A stretch of DNA of 64,000 bases, taken from positions 41,411-105,410 of the forward strand of contig CBFGUV010000003.1 in the NCBI GenBank assembly GCA_965652385.1, read 5' to 3'. Positions 44,464 through 54,994 of the stretch are shown in pieces. Within the stretch, counting starts at the first letter, position 1; each line of letters begins with the position of its first letter. The notes under the pieces were generated by a model that was given only the letters and a program-made list of their open reading frames with translations, made no database searches and had not been told where the DNA came from. Origin of the DNA: an uncultured Fimbriimonadaceae bacterium (GTDB taxonomy: Bacteria; Armatimonadota; Fimbriimonadia; Fimbriimonadales; Fimbriimonadaceae). The position numbers and the translations under genes were made by a program.

Positions 44464-45273
44464 CTAGCGGAATCGCCAGATGACGGTGCCGAAGTTGTTC
44501 AGCGCCTTGGCGGAGTAGATCTTGCAGTGGCCGTCGGCAAAGATGACCGGCGTCATGCCGTTGTTCTTTCCGTCCGAGCCATAGCGGGCATAGACCGGCT
44601 TGAGCGCGCCCGGGCTCAGGCTGGGCGAGTTCGGATAGTTGGCATCGTTCGCATCATCGACCAGATCGCGGTCGCTGATCATCGGCAGGCCCTTGTAGTA
44701 GTCGCCGTCGGGCGAATTCATGCCGTTGTACGGGTTGAACACATAGCCTCGGTGCTTCGAGGTGGTGTCGCCTGCAGGGCCGTTCGGCGTCACGGTGAAG
44801 AGGCCGACTCGGGCGACTTCCTCAGCGGCGCTGAAGTTGGCAGCGGAGGGGAAGCCCTCGGTTCCCGGAGGGGCGTTGCCCGGAACGGCGGTCGTGTTCG
44901 GATCGACGCCCGTGGCATCGTTGTAGCCGATGCTCTGCGTGCGGCGGGTTGCCCAGTTCTTGGCGGCCTCGCCATCAGCGTCAACCGCGACCAGCATCTG
45001 CTCGTTCTTGATGTACGGCATCAAGCCCTGCGGCCAGATGATGGGATCGACGGTGCCGGTGCTTTCGCGCATCGAGGCAGGGATGAAGTAGTCGTCGTAA
45101 TCGGCCGCATACATCATCACCGAGATCGAGAGCTGCCGCATCTGGGCGAGCGCTTTGGTCTTCTTCGCGGCGAGCTTCGCCTGCGCAAAGACCGGGAAGA
45201 GGATGGCCGCCAGAATCGCAATGATCGCGATGACAACCAGCAGTTCAATAAGGGTGAAAGCCTTCTTTCTCAT
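44464..45273 (-). CDS. Prepilin-type N-terminal cleavage/methylation domain protein (DUF1559-like)
   Basis: KKAFTLIELLVVIAIIAILAAILFPVFAQAK N-terminus and a C-terminal FADGHCK. Confidence 0.85.
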   Translation of the reverse strand: MRKKAFTLIELLVVIAIIAILAAILFPVFAQAKLAAKKTKALAQMRQLSISVMMYAADYDDYFIPASMRESTGTVDPIIWPQGLMPYIKNEQMLVAVDADGEAAKNWATRRTQSIGYNDATGVDPNTTAVPGNAPPGTEGFPSAANFSAAEEVARVGLFTVTPNGPAGDTTSKHRGYVFNPYNGMNSPDGDYYKGLPMISDRDLVDDANDANYPNSPSLSPGALKPVYARYGSDGKNNGMTPVIFADGHCKIYSAKALNNFGTVIWRFR

Positions 45274-45375
45274 TTCTTAATCCAGTCCAGAGACGGCAGG
45301 CGCATCGTCGCCTGCCGTCAGGATTGACGTGCAACGTTCTTAAAGATTACTTCGAAGCGATAGATCGTTCGAAAA

Positions 45376-46905
45376 TTATTCGGCAGGCACCAGGCGGATC
45401 ACCTTGTCCGGCTGATTCAACACGATATAGAGGTGTCCCTCCGGCCCGGTCACCACGTCGCGAACGCGGCCCATGCCGTGCACCAGCTCTTCACGCTCGG
45501 TCATTTTTCCGTTGACCACGCGGATGCGGTCCACGTTGTTGCCGGCGAGACCGCCCGCCATCAGGTCGCCCTGCCACCGCGGGAAGGCCGTGCCCTTCAT
45601 GGTCGAAAGCCCGCAGGCGCCAATGGACGGAAGCCAGCGGAAGACCGGCTGGGTCACGTCGAGGCCATCCTTCGGCCACGGCGTGCGGTACGGCGAATCG
45701 TTGTAGTTGATGCTCCAGGCGACCACGGGCCAGCCGTAGTTCGCGCCCTTCTTGATCAGGTTCACTTCGTCGCCGCCGCGCGGACCGTGCTCGGTCACAA
45801 AGACATTGCCCTTGAGGTCGATGGTCAGGCCCTGCTGATTGCGATGGCCGTATGTCCAGATCGCCGCGATGTGCCCCTTCTCCTTGTCGGAGGCCGAGTT
45901 GAACGGATTGTCCGCCGGGATGGTGCCGTCCTCGTTGGTGCGGTACGTCTTGCCGACGGGACTGCTCAGGCTCTGGGCGGGCATGTTCTGCCCGCGCTCG
46001 CCGATGGTGAAGTAGATGTGGCCCTTGCCATCGAACTCGATCCGCGAACCGAAGTGGACTCCAGCGGTGAAGTAATCCTTCTGGTCCGCCTGGAAGATCG
46101 TCTGCTGGCCTATCCAAGCTGCGTCATTGCCGGTCCAGCGGAGCTTGCCGCGCACGATCTTGGTCATGCCCGCCCGCGCATTGTCTTCCGCAGGATCGGT
46201 GAAGGAGAGGTAGACCCAGCCGTTGGCCGCGTAGTCCGGATGGACCGCGACATCCATCAGGCCGCCCTGTCCCATATGCCGCACTTCCGGCAGGCCGGTC
46301 ACTTCACCGACCACCTTCCCATCCTGGGCAACCTTCATGCTTCCCGGCCGGTTGGTGATGAGCATTCGGCCATCCGGCAGCCAATCCAGCGCCCACGGAA
46401 TCTCGAGTTCCTGATCCTGGTCCACCGCCGTCTCGATGCGATAGCGGTGATGGTCGGAGCTGTAGACGCCATCCACGGCCTTCGGCGATCCGTTCCGCTG
46501 CCGCAGAGCGCGGGCCTGCAGCTCGCGGATATGCACGACGAGCGCCCAAATCTGCTCGTCGGTCATGGTCGATCCGTATTCCGGCATCGCCGCATCCGGC
46601 ACGCCGTTCTTGATCGCATCAAAGAAGTGGCGGTCGTGATCCTGCTTGAACAGTTCCTCGGTCAGCAGAGTCTGGGTTCCGGCTCCGCCGCCCTGTCCAT
46701 CTTCCCCGTGGCAGTTGCCGCAGTTCTGGATGTAGAGCTGGGTGACGTTCACCGCCCGCTGGGCATCGACAAACTCGGCAATGCCCTTCTCCGGAGCATC
46801 CGGTTGGGCAGCTTTCGGAGCAGCCGGACGCACCGCCATGGCGATGGTGACCGACGCAAGGGCCGATGCGGTCAAGACGGGAAGCCACTTAAACATATCG
46901 GCCAA
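45376..46905 (-). CDS. PQQ-dependent sugar dehydrogenase (soluble glucose/sorbosone dehydrogenase-like) with an N-terminal cytochrome c domain
   Basis: Haem motif CGNCHG, then beta-propeller segments (LDWLPDGRMLITNRPG, GGLMDVAVHPDY, YGHRNQQGL, GPRGGDEVN). Confidence 0.83.
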   Translation of the reverse strand: MADMFKWLPVLTASALASVTIAMAVRPAAPKAAQPDAPEKGIAEFVDAQRAVNVTQLYIQNCGNCHGEDGQGGGAGTQTLLTEELFKQDHDRHFFDAIKNGVPDAAMPEYGSTMTDEQIWALVVHIRELQARALRQRNGSPKAVDGVYSSDHHRYRIETAVDQDQELEIPWALDWLPDGRMLITNRPGSMKVAQDGKVVGEVTGLPEVRHMGQGGLMDVAVHPDYAANGWVYLSFTDPAEDNARAGMTKIVRGKLRWTGNDAAWIGQQTIFQADQKDYFTAGVHFGSRIEFDGKGHIYFTIGERGQNMPAQSLSSPVGKTYRTNEDGTIPADNPFNSASDKEKGHIAAIWTYGHRNQQGLTIDLKGNVFVTEHGPRGGDEVNLIKKGANYGWPVVAWSINYNDSPYRTPWPKDGLDVTQPVFRWLPSIGACGLSTMKGTAFPRWQGDLMAGGLAGNNVDRIRVVNGKMTEREELVHGMGRVRDVVTGPEGHLYIVLNQPDKVIRLVPAE

Positions 46906-46938
46906 TTTACCTGCGCCGCACCGGCAATGAGCCCCTGA

Positions 46939-48741
46939 CTATCCAGCCAGCCGCTCCGCCGCCTTCTTGGCCAGCTCGGCTTCCGCCCGATCCGTGGAGT
47001 GGATATTCATCTGGAAGTTGCCCAGCTTGCCCTTCAACCGATCATCCCTGCCCTTGGTCTTTTCGAGCATCTCCAGCACGCCCCGCCGCACCTCCACTTG
47101 GCTGCAGCCGAGCATGGCCCGAATCAGGCGAATCGGATGATTCGTGTCCAGCTCGTCGCGGGGAGAGGTGATCAACGTCATCAGTTCGGCAGGAGCCGAC
47201 TTGAGCCACTCCGCGGTTTCGCGCGGAGACTGCTCGGCGACATGCAGCGCAAACCAATGGAACGCCTCATCCGAGGCTGAAGCCGATGCCAGCAGTTTGG
47301 GGTCGAAGAGCTTGTTGTTCTGCAGATCGCTCTTGTTGAAACCCGCCACCGAGGCGATGTCGCGAAGGTTGTTCACATACTGCCCGGTGGTCACACCGGG
47401 CGAGATGACTTTGTTGATCTCGTCAAGAGACGCCTTGTTGGTGTAGATCCAGGTGCGCGCCTGATCCCAGGGACCGCGAAAGAGGCTCTTTTCCGCCATC
47501 TTCGCCAGGTCGGTGATCGTCTCGTCGGCGGGCATATACGGGTAGTACTTCACGCCCGGCGCGGGCTCTTTGAGATTCATGGAAAGGCAGTGCGTACGAC
47601 CGGTCGCCGTGGGCACCTGCAGCATTTCAATGCCGACACCCGCCTGCACGAACATCATCCGCAGCTGGATCGGCTGGTAATTGGTCATCGCCTGGTATCC
47701 GGGAGTGCCCGGAATCCACATCGTGCCGGAAGGAAAGTACATTTCCGAGCCGCAGTTCGGCCAATCCATATCCGGGATGCCCGGCACCTGAAGGGCGTTC
47801 ATGCTCTCACCCTGACCCGCCATGCCGTCGATGTATCGCATCACATCTGCCGGCTTGTAGCCGGCACCCAGATAGGCATCGCTCAGCTTGGGGGCCGGAA
47901 ACAGGCGCGTGGCGTCGCGCAGGTAGTTCGCCGTGCTGCCGACCGGGAAGCCCTCCTGAAAATAGTTGACCATCGGGTCAAGCCGCGGCAGCGGGACGTA
48001 CCCCAGCCCGGCAAGCTCGGCATTTTCCGGCGTGAACTGGATGCCGCCGATGGCGTTCTTCAGATCGTCCGGCTTGTCGTCCGGAGTGAATGTTGACCGG
48101 ATAAGGGGATCGGCGGCCGGAACCCGAATCGAGCCCATGGCCTGGAAGCCAAGGCGTTCCTTTACCTCCGTCGGCTCTGCTTCGCCTGCCGTGTAGATGC
48201 GGCGGACCAGCTCGTAGTGGATATTGATGCGCTGCTCCTGCATCCCATACTCCCGAGTGGTCCAGCCGCCTGGCTGAAGGTTCTCGTTTGGATTCACCTC
48301 CTGAGAACGGGTGGTCCGCAGTATGTTTTGGATGGCCTCTCGGCCTTTCTGAAGCCCTTTGAAAAGCTCAGGGCCGATCTCTTCCGCCACCCCTTCCACC
48401 TGACTCTTGAGAAAGATTTGATCCAGGGCGGCCTCATTGTCTTTCGCGTCTGGCGCCTTGATCAGTTCAGGAACAAGCGTAAAGGCCCGCGCGGGAGATT
48501 CCGGTCGAGTCCGGACGGTCTTGACCAACACCTTCTCGTCGTCCACGATGCGGGTGGTGGACTCCACATAGTATTCAACCCGCGTCGCCACGAGGTTGCC
48601 GCTGGCATCGGGGTGATTCTCCCGAACCTCTTCGAGCACAGGAGAACGGCTGGTGCTGAGGATCGACTTATCCGGCTGAACGGGCTGCCGACCACCCTGC
48701 ATAACGAGCACTGCAGAAACCATACAAAGTGAAGCAATCAT
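46939..48741 (-). CDS. Large secreted hypothetical protein
   Basis: 600-aa ORF with a signal-like N-terminus and ordinary composition. No motif assigned. Confidence 0.6.
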   Translation of the reverse strand: MIASLCMVSAVLVMQGGRQPVQPDKSILSTSRSPVLEEVRENHPDASGNLVATRVEYYVESTTRIVDDEKVLVKTVRTRPESPARAFTLVPELIKAPDAKDNEAALDQIFLKSQVEGVAEEIGPELFKGLQKGREAIQNILRTTRSQEVNPNENLQPGGWTTREYGMQEQRINIHYELVRRIYTAGEAEPTEVKERLGFQAMGSIRVPAADPLIRSTFTPDDKPDDLKNAIGGIQFTPENAELAGLGYVPLPRLDPMVNYFQEGFPVGSTANYLRDATRLFPAPKLSDAYLGAGYKPADVMRYIDGMAGQGESMNALQVPGIPDMDWPNCGSEMYFPSGTMWIPGTPGYQAMTNYQPIQLRMMFVQAGVGIEMLQVPTATGRTHCLSMNLKEPAPGVKYYPYMPADETITDLAKMAEKSLFRGPWDQARTWIYTNKASLDEINKVISPGVTTGQYVNNLRDIASVAGFNKSDLQNNKLFDPKLLASASASDEAFHWFALHVAEQSPRETAEWLKSAPAELMTLITSPRDELDTNHPIRLIRAMLGCSQVEVRRGVLEMLEKTKGRDDRLKGKLGNFQMNIHSTDRAEAELAKKAAERLAG

Positions 48742-48771
48742 TGATTTAGCCCTCGCTAATCCCTTATTAAC

Positions 48772-49884
48772 TTACAGCATGATTACCGACCGGATCACAT
48801 TTCCGGTCTCCATCTCGTGGAAAGCATCCTCGACGTCTTCCAGGCTGATCTTGCGAGTGACCATCTGGTCAAGCTGAAGCTGCCCCTTGAGATAGAGGTC
48901 CGCCAGCAGCGGGAAATCGTGCGAGGGCAGCGCGTCGCCGCAGTGGCAGACATTGAGCCCCGCCTTGTTCCAATAGACGCCGGTGGCGAAGTCGCCCAGA
49001 TTCAGATTCACCGCATCGTTCTCCGCCGGAAAGCCGATGGTCGTCGCCCGCCCGCCATAGGCGAGCATCTTGATCGCCTGCTCCGTGCAGGCGGGGATTC
49101 CGGTGGCTTCGTAGGCGAACTCCACTCCGCCGTCCCAGCCGTCGTCGGTGATCTTCCGCACCTCAGCGACCGGATCGACTTCCGCCGCGTTGACGGTATG
49201 CGTCGCGCCGAAGTCCTTTGCCCACTGCAGCTTCACCGGGTTCACATCCACGCCGATAATCTGCCGCGCATTCTGCAGCTTGGCTCCCTGAATCACGCTC
49301 AGGCCGACGCCGCCGCACCCGATCACCGCCACCCGCGAACCGGGAAAGACGGGCGTGGTGTTCATCGCTGCGCCAACGCCCGTGATCACGCCGCAGGCCA
49401 GCAGACACGCCTTGTCGAGCGGCATCGCCTCCGGCATCTTGATGGCCGCCTTGCTATGGACCACGGTATGCGTGGCAAAGGTGCCGCAGCGCAGCACCTG
49501 CGAACAGAGCGCGCCGTCGCTCTTCCGCTTGATCCGCTGCCCAGGCCGCAGCGCCATATAACACCGGCGCGGGTCGCCTCGGCGGCAGGCCGGGCACTGT
49601 TCGCACGGGGCGCGGTAGGCCAGCACCACCGGGTCGCCCTTCTTGAGATGGGTGACGCCCTCGCCGACCTCCTCGACATAGCCCGCTCCTTCGTGCCCCA
49701 GCACGATCGGGAACGCCATGCCGCTGCCGTTCAGGTTCTTCACCGTGAGGTCGGTGTGGCAGACGCCGCTGGCGACCAGCTTGACCAGCACCTCGTTCGG
49801 ACCTGGAGAATCAACGACAATATCGCGCACCACTGCGGGCTCACCCGGCGCTTCCAAAATCGAGGCACGGCCTTCGTAGGACAT
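48772..49884 (-). CDS. Zinc-dependent alcohol dehydrogenase family protein (class III-like)
   Basis: GVCHTDL, GHEGAGYVEEVG, structural zinc cysteines C..C..C......C, and the Rossmann motif GCGGVG. Confidence 0.9.
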   Translation of the reverse strand: MSYEGRASILEAPGEPAVVRDIVVDSPGPNEVLVKLVASGVCHTDLTVKNLNGSGMAFPIVLGHEGAGYVEEVGEGVTHLKKGDPVVLAYRAPCEQCPACRRGDPRRCYMALRPGQRIKRKSDGALCSQVLRCGTFATHTVVHSKAAIKMPEAMPLDKACLLACGVITGVGAAMNTTPVFPGSRVAVIGCGGVGLSVIQGAKLQNARQIIGVDVNPVKLQWAKDFGATHTVNAAEVDPVAEVRKITDDGWDGGVEFAYEATGIPACTEQAIKMLAYGGRATTIGFPAENDAVNLNLGDFATGVYWNKAGLNVCHCGDALPSHDFPLLADLYLKGQLQLDQMVTRKISLEDVEDAFHEMETGNVIRSVIML

Positions 49885-49913
49885 GCTTTTCAGCGTAGCA
49901 GACTCGCCCTGTT

Positions 49914-50501
49914 TTGTGGGTTAAAGAGAATCGGGTATGCCCCTGGTCGTTGAAGTTCTTCACTCCGAAAGCCGTCCGGCAATTTCACAGCTTCGGCCCC
50001 TTCTCGAAGGTCTACGCTGAATACAAACGGCATCTAGAAAGCCTCAAAGACAGGCTCTCCGACCACGTCTACGAGCTGTCAAAGCCCTCGGGCATGGAGA
50101 ACGGGCTGATCGTGCGCGTGGATCATGACCGCAGCCGCCGAGTGCTCAAGCTGACCCTCCGCTGCGGCGATATGCGGATGGGCTACTACAACCTGGAGCT
50201 GACGTATCTGGACGCTCATATCCTGCCGAAGCACAACCGCACCCTCGCGAAGATCGCCCGGAGCACCGTCACCCAAAAGCAGCATGACTGCGACTTCGGC
50301 TATCAGGAAATCGACCTGAGTAACGACGGGCGCATTCAGCACCGAATGATCTTCTTGAACCGCTGGCAAAAACTGGATGCCAACCGCGCCTCCCGCTGGT
50401 TTGAAATCGACTGCCGAGAACTGCGCTGGCGCAGGGTGCCGCGCCGGACCCGTCGGCTGCCGCCGATGCAGGACCGATATCCCAACGGGCCAAGCCTTTA
50501 G
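49914..50501 (+). CDS. Hypothetical protein
   Basis: 195-aa ORF with a TTG start. No motif assigned and the start is uncertain. Confidence 0.45.
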   Translation: MWVKENRVCPWSLKFFTPKAVRQFHSFGPFSKVYAEYKRHLESLKDRLSDHVYELSKPSGMENGLIVRVDHDRSRRVLKLTLRCGDMRMGYYNLELTYLDAHILPKHNRTLAKIARSTVTQKQHDCDFGYQEIDLSNDGRIQHRMIFLNRWQKLDANRASRWFEIDCRELRWRRVPRRTRRLPPMQDRYPNGPSL

Positions 50502-50537
50502 CCAAAAAACCGGAACCAACCCGCCACACGCTCCCTT

Positions 50538-51182
50538 ATGAAAACCATGAACGCGAAAATGCTGGTGCTGGCCGGGGCAACGGGCCTTGCCATGATGGCC
50601 GTCGCTCAGAACAAGACGGTCGTCGCCGCCAAGCCGGAAGAAGTGAAGCCGGTCAAAGTCGGCGCGATGGCCCCGAATGCCGACATCGTGAACCTGATGG
50701 GCCAGAAAACCACGGTCCACGAAGCTCTGGGCGGAAAGAAGACGGTCATGATCTTCTACCGAGGGGGATGGTGCCCCTACTGCAACCGTCACCTCGCCGA
50801 CATCGCCAAGATCGAAGGCGACCTGAAGGCGATGGGCTACCAGATTATCGCGCTCAGCATGGATTTGCCCGCCGAGCTGAAGAAGACCACCGAGAAGGAG
50901 AAGCTCGCCTACCAGCTCTATTCCGACTCCAAGGCCAACGCCTCCAAAGCCTTTGGCCTCGCGTTCAAGGTGGACGATGAACTGGTGAAGACCTACAAGG
51001 AGAAGTACGGCATCGACATCGAAGCCGCCTCCGGCGAAACCCACCACGTCCTTCCCGCTCCGGCCCTCTACATCATCGACCAGAACAAGAAGATCCAGTA
51101 CGAGCACTTCAATCCCGACTACCGGGTGCGCCTCAAGGCGGACGAAGTCCTAGAAGCCGCGAAGAAGATCGCCGCGAATTAG
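50538..51182 (+). CDS. Peroxiredoxin-like (AhpC/TSA, thioredoxin-fold) protein, secreted
   Basis: Signal peptide, then FYRGGWCPYCNRHL. Confidence 0.83.
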   Translation: MKTMNAKMLVLAGATGLAMMAVAQNKTVVAAKPEEVKPVKVGAMAPNADIVNLMGQKTTVHEALGGKKTVMIFYRGGWCPYCNRHLADIAKIEGDLKAMGYQIIALSMDLPAELKKTTEKEKLAYQLYSDSKANASKAFGLAFKVDDELVKTYKEKYGIDIEAASGETHHVLPAPALYIIDQNKKIQYEHFNPDYRVRLKADEVLEAAKKIAAN

Positions 51183-51206
51183 CTCCCCATCCACCCAACC
51201 CAAGAG

Positions 51207-51240
51207 AAAGGCGGTCCCAAGCGGCTGCCTTTTCTCGTTT
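51207..51240 (+). terminator. Probable rho-independent terminator
   Basis: AAAGGCGG..loop..CTGCCTTT stem followed by TTTTCTCGTTT. Confidence 0.45.
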
Positions 51241-51311
51241 GTAAAGCGTCTGACAATTGTCCCGCTGGCTCAAAGACGCGTCATGGCCGGAACGTAAGGA
51301 AATATATACTT

Positions 51312-53735
51312 ATGCTCGGATTGCTGCTTATGAGCCTGCACCTGGATGATCAAGTCACCATCGTCGACAGGCTTCCCTCGGCCCCTGCCAACACCCAGTA
51401 CGTCGGAAACCGCGCTCCCCTCGCGCCCAGCCCTTTCGCCAAGCTTCCGGTCGGAGCGGTCAAGCCGGATGGCTGGCTGCGCACCCAGCTTGAGCTTCAG
51501 CGCGATGGATTCAGCGGGCAGCTCGACGAGATCAGCCAGTTTCTGGACGACTCCAACAACGCCTGGCTGACCGGAGAGTCGGCGGGCCGCGCTGGCTGGG
51601 AAGAGCTTCCCTACTGGCTCAAGGGACAGATTTCGCTCGGGTATCTGCTCGATGACAAGGAGATTATCGCCCAGTCCAAGAAATGGGTGGAGGGCGCTCT
51701 GAAGAGTTCCCGCGAGGACGGCTGGTTCGGCCCGGAATCAAATCTGGTCACCCGCCACGGCACACCCGACCTCTGGCCGAACATGATCATGCAGAACGTT
51801 CTGCAGACCTACTACGAGGCCACCGGCGACAAGCGCGTGCTGGACGTGATGACCAAGTACGCCCACTGGCTGCTCAAGCTTCCGGATGAGCAGATGCTGG
51901 ACCCTGACCACTACTGGCACTACCACCGCGAAGGCGACCAGCTCGCCTCCGTCGTCTGGCTCTACGGCCACACGGGCGACCCCGAGCTGCTCAAGCTGGC
52001 CGACAGGCTGCACGCCAACGGCGCCCCATGGGTTGCCGGAGTGCAGAACGTGCACGGCGTCAACTTCGCCCAAGCCTTCCGCGAGCCCGCCACCTATTCC
52101 CTCTTCAGCGGCAATCGCGGCGACGTCGCGGCCACCGAGCAGAACCTAAAGGAATTCACCGACAAGTGGGGCCAGATGCCCGGCGGCATGTATGGCGCAG
52201 ACGAGAACGCCCGCGAGGGCTTCACCGACCCGCGCCAGGCCGCAGAGACCTGCGCCGTGGTCGAGATGATGCTCTCGCACGAGATGCTTCTCCGCATGAC
52301 CGGCGACCCGACCTGGGCCGACCGAGCGGAAGATGTCGCCTTCAACTGGATGCCGCCGACCATGACGCCGGACCTGAAGGGCCTGCGCTATCTGTTCGGG
52401 GCAAACATGGCCGTCTCCGACGCCCGCAACCACAATCCGGGCATCCAGAACGGTGGACCGATGTTCTTGATGGACCCGAATGACCACCGCTGCTGCCAGC
52501 ACAACGTCAGCCACGGCTGGCCGTACTTTGCCGAGCATCTTTGGATGGCGACCGCAGGGGATGGCTTGGCGGCGGTCATCTATTCGCCCAGCACCGTGAC
52601 CGCCAAGGTCGCGGGCGGAAAGACGGTCACCATCAAGGAAGAGACCGACTACCCCTTCAGCGAATCCATCACCTTCCGCATCATGGAAGGCGGCGGCAAA
52701 TTCCCGCTTTCGCTCCGCATGCCGGGCTGGGCGCGCGCCGCATTCATTGAAATCAATGGCGAAACGATCGATGACATCGAGCCGCAGGCCGGACAGTTCA
52801 TCCGCATCGACCGCGACTGGAAGAAGGGCGACGTGGTCGTCATGCGCATGCCCATGCGGGTGCAGACCATTGGCTGGAGCCAGCGCCCCAACACCACCAG
52901 CGTCTACTACGGTCCCCTCGCCTACTCGCTGAAGATCGGCGAAAAATATGTGCGGCACGGCGGAACCGATGAGTGGCCCGCCTACGAGATTCATCCGACC
53001 ACCGATTGGAACTACGGCCTGGTCGAGAATCCCCGGTTCGAGATCCACACCAAGGAGATCACTCCGGGCGAACAGCCCTGGACCCCGGACAACGTCCCCG
53101 TGTGGCTGACCACCCGCGCCCGCAAGATTCCGAACTGGAAGCTCGACTACAACGGGCTCGTTTCGCCGCTGCAGGCATCGCCCGCCAAAACGGACGAAGA
53201 GATCGAGGAAGTGCAGCTCATTCCGATGGGCGCAGCCCGGCTGCGCATCACGGTCTTCCCGACCGTCACCACCGGAGCCCGCGGCCACGAGTGGGAGCCC
53301 CCCATGCAGCCCGCCGATCCGCTGCCGACCCGCGTCTCGCACTGCTACAGCGGCGACACGCCCAACGCGCTGAGCGACCAGCTCATCCCGACCTCATCCA
53401 ACGATCACCTGGTTCCCCGACTCACCTGGTGGAACCATAAGGGCACGGAAGAGTGGGTGGAGTACTACTTCGACCAGCCGCGCTCCTTCAGCCGGGTCGA
53501 GGTGTACTGGTTCGACGACAGCGCCAGTGGCGGATGCAACCTGCCTGCCTCCTGGAAGGCGCAGGTCTGGAAGGATGGCGCTTGGCAGGACGTCGAGACC
53601 CGCCAGCCTTACGGCACTGAGGCGGACAAGTTCAACGTCACGGAGTTCAAGCCCGAAACCACCACGCGCATCCGCATAGTGGTCCAGCTTCAAGAAGACT
53701 GGTCCGGCGGCATCCTCGAGTGGCGCGCTAGCTAG
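51312..53735 (+). CDS. GH127-like beta-L-arabinofuranosidase family protein (DUF1680) with a C-terminal discoidin-like module
   Basis: E-x-C motif AAETCAVVEMM and a Cys-Cys motif HRCCQHNVSHGW, as in the GH127 zinc/cysteine site. 807 aa. Confidence 0.8.
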   Translation: MLGLLLMSLHLDDQVTIVDRLPSAPANTQYVGNRAPLAPSPFAKLPVGAVKPDGWLRTQLELQRDGFSGQLDEISQFLDDSNNAWLTGESAGRAGWEELPYWLKGQISLGYLLDDKEIIAQSKKWVEGALKSSREDGWFGPESNLVTRHGTPDLWPNMIMQNVLQTYYEATGDKRVLDVMTKYAHWLLKLPDEQMLDPDHYWHYHREGDQLASVVWLYGHTGDPELLKLADRLHANGAPWVAGVQNVHGVNFAQAFREPATYSLFSGNRGDVAATEQNLKEFTDKWGQMPGGMYGADENAREGFTDPRQAAETCAVVEMMLSHEMLLRMTGDPTWADRAEDVAFNWMPPTMTPDLKGLRYLFGANMAVSDARNHNPGIQNGGPMFLMDPNDHRCCQHNVSHGWPYFAEHLWMATAGDGLAAVIYSPSTVTAKVAGGKTVTIKEETDYPFSESITFRIMEGGGKFPLSLRMPGWARAAFIEINGETIDDIEPQAGQFIRIDRDWKKGDVVVMRMPMRVQTIGWSQRPNTTSVYYGPLAYSLKIGEKYVRHGGTDEWPAYEIHPTTDWNYGLVENPRFEIHTKEITPGEQPWTPDNVPVWLTTRARKIPNWKLDYNGLVSPLQASPAKTDEEIEEVQLIPMGAARLRITVFPTVTTGARGHEWEPPMQPADPLPTRVSHCYSGDTPNALSDQLIPTSSNDHLVPRLTWWNHKGTEEWVEYYFDQPRSFSRVEVYWFDDSASGGCNLPASWKAQVWKDGAWQDVETRQPYGTEADKFNVTEFKPETTTRIRIVVQLQEDWSGGILEWRAS

Positions 53736-53744
53736 GTCGCACCG

Positions 53745-53778
53745 GCCCTGATTTCCCTCATCGCAGGGAAATCAGGGC
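53745..53778. terminator. Bidirectional terminator hairpin between convergent genes
   Basis: Perfect 14-bp stem GCCCTGATTTCCCT / AGGGAAATCAGGGC with a 6-nt loop. The right arm overlaps the stop codon of the minus-strand gene. Confidence 0.55.
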
Positions 53779-54959
53779 TTGGGCAGATAGACCTCGTGCT
53801 TCAGGGTCGCCATCTTCTTTTCTCCCTCGTGCATCCAGGTGACGGTCAACTCTTGATCTGAATCAAGCATGTGCCGAAGCGTCATGTATGTCTTGACCGG
53901 ATCACCGGCTAAGTCGAGATCGTTCACCCTTAGCAGCACATCATTGGGCTTCAGACCGGCCTTCTCAGCAGCAGAGCCGACCACGAGATTTGCCACCACT
54001 ATCCTGCCTTCGCTGATGCGTGGCCGCCAGCCGTAGCCAGAGTAGACGCCCAGACCCATCTTGTCCGTGTCCCTGAGATAAACCTTGTTCGCCGCCCAGT
54101 CGAAGGTGATGACGCCCTCGCCGAAAAAGCGATTGCCGACAATAGGGTCATCCTGTCCCACAAAAGTGACAATGGTCGCCGGAGCTTGATGGTCGCCCAA
54201 CGCTGATTTATCAAACCAACCGATCACAGTTCCTGACCCCACCGTGCCGAAGAGCGCCTGCGAATCGGTGCCGATCCGGCGGATATGCGGGAATTTCGGG
54301 TTTCCGTCGGGCGCGATGGCCTGCAGATACATGCTGGGCAGGTCAAGCCCTCCGCTGTTGCCTGTATCGAGCATCACTGACGTGATCGTCAGCTTTCCAA
54401 CGCTCATCCGAATATAAGGGGTGCCCGATGCAGAGGGTTGGAACGCAACCGGCTTGTCGTCGGGCTTTTTAAGACTGTCGATCTGATTGCTGAATCTCAG
54501 CCGCGCCTTGCCGTAGTCCACCTGGAACTTAGCGTGGCGCATGAGATTCGCGCCGATCACGGCCTGGACGCCCATCGCCTTGATTTCTGGGACATCAAGG
54601 TCGGAAACCACGGCGGCAATCTTGCTGAAGGTGGCTCCGCCCAGCTTTACCCGGTCGAGCATAACCACGGGCTGCTGCACCGAGTTTCCCGCCACATCGG
54701 TCACGCTGACATAGCCGATCGGCTTCAGGTTCAGCTGCTTCATCAGGGATGTTGGGATGATGCACGGCGCGCCTGTGTCAAACATTGCCGTCACCTTGGC
54801 GCTGCCGATCTCCACCCCGATCACCACTTCGTCCGCCGTCCGACTGAAGGCGATATCCTCGTTGAAAACGGTCGGACTGACCGCGCCAGACTGCAGCGCC
54901 TCCAGCGGATTGAACGGCTGCTGAGCGGTGGCCGCAAGAACCCATAAAAGCGAAAGCAT
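53772..54959 (-). CDS. Retropepsin-like aspartyl protease with a C-terminal PDZ domain
   Basis: Two D-T-G sites (MFDTGAPCII and MLDTGNSGGL) and a PDZ domain (VVGSAAEKAGLKPNDVLLRVND). Confidence 0.78.
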   Translation of the reverse strand: MLSLLWVLAATAQQPFNPLEALQSGAVSPTVFNEDIAFSRTADEVVIGVEIGSAKVTAMFDTGAPCIIPTSLMKQLNLKPIGYVSVTDVAGNSVQQPVVMLDRVKLGGATFSKIAAVVSDLDVPEIKAMGVQAVIGANLMRHAKFQVDYGKARLRFSNQIDSLKKPDDKPVAFQPSASGTPYIRMSVGKLTITSVMLDTGNSGGLDLPSMYLQAIAPDGNPKFPHIRRIGTDSQALFGTVGSGTVIGWFDKSALGDHQAPATIVTFVGQDDPIVGNRFFGEGVITFDWAANKVYLRDTDKMGLGVYSGYGWRPRISEGRIVVANLVVGSAAEKAGLKPNDVLLRVNDLDLAGDPVKTYMTLRHMLDSDQELTVTWMHEGEKKMATLKHEVYLPKP

Positions 54960-54994
54960 CGCCCAGTCTACGCTGGGCGATGCTTTGCGGTTCC

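Noticed and set aside
45433-46938. 501-aa plus-strand ORF opposite the PQQ dehydrogenase
   Set aside because: Antisense to a gene with haem c and beta-propeller motifs. No domain features.
48817-53342. Antisense ORFs at 48817..49953, 50079..51107 and 52146..53342
   Set aside because: Each lies opposite a gene with clear family motifs (Zn-ADH, peroxiredoxin-like/hypothetical, GH127-like) and shows the Arg/Gly/Ala/Asp-rich composition of spurious frames.
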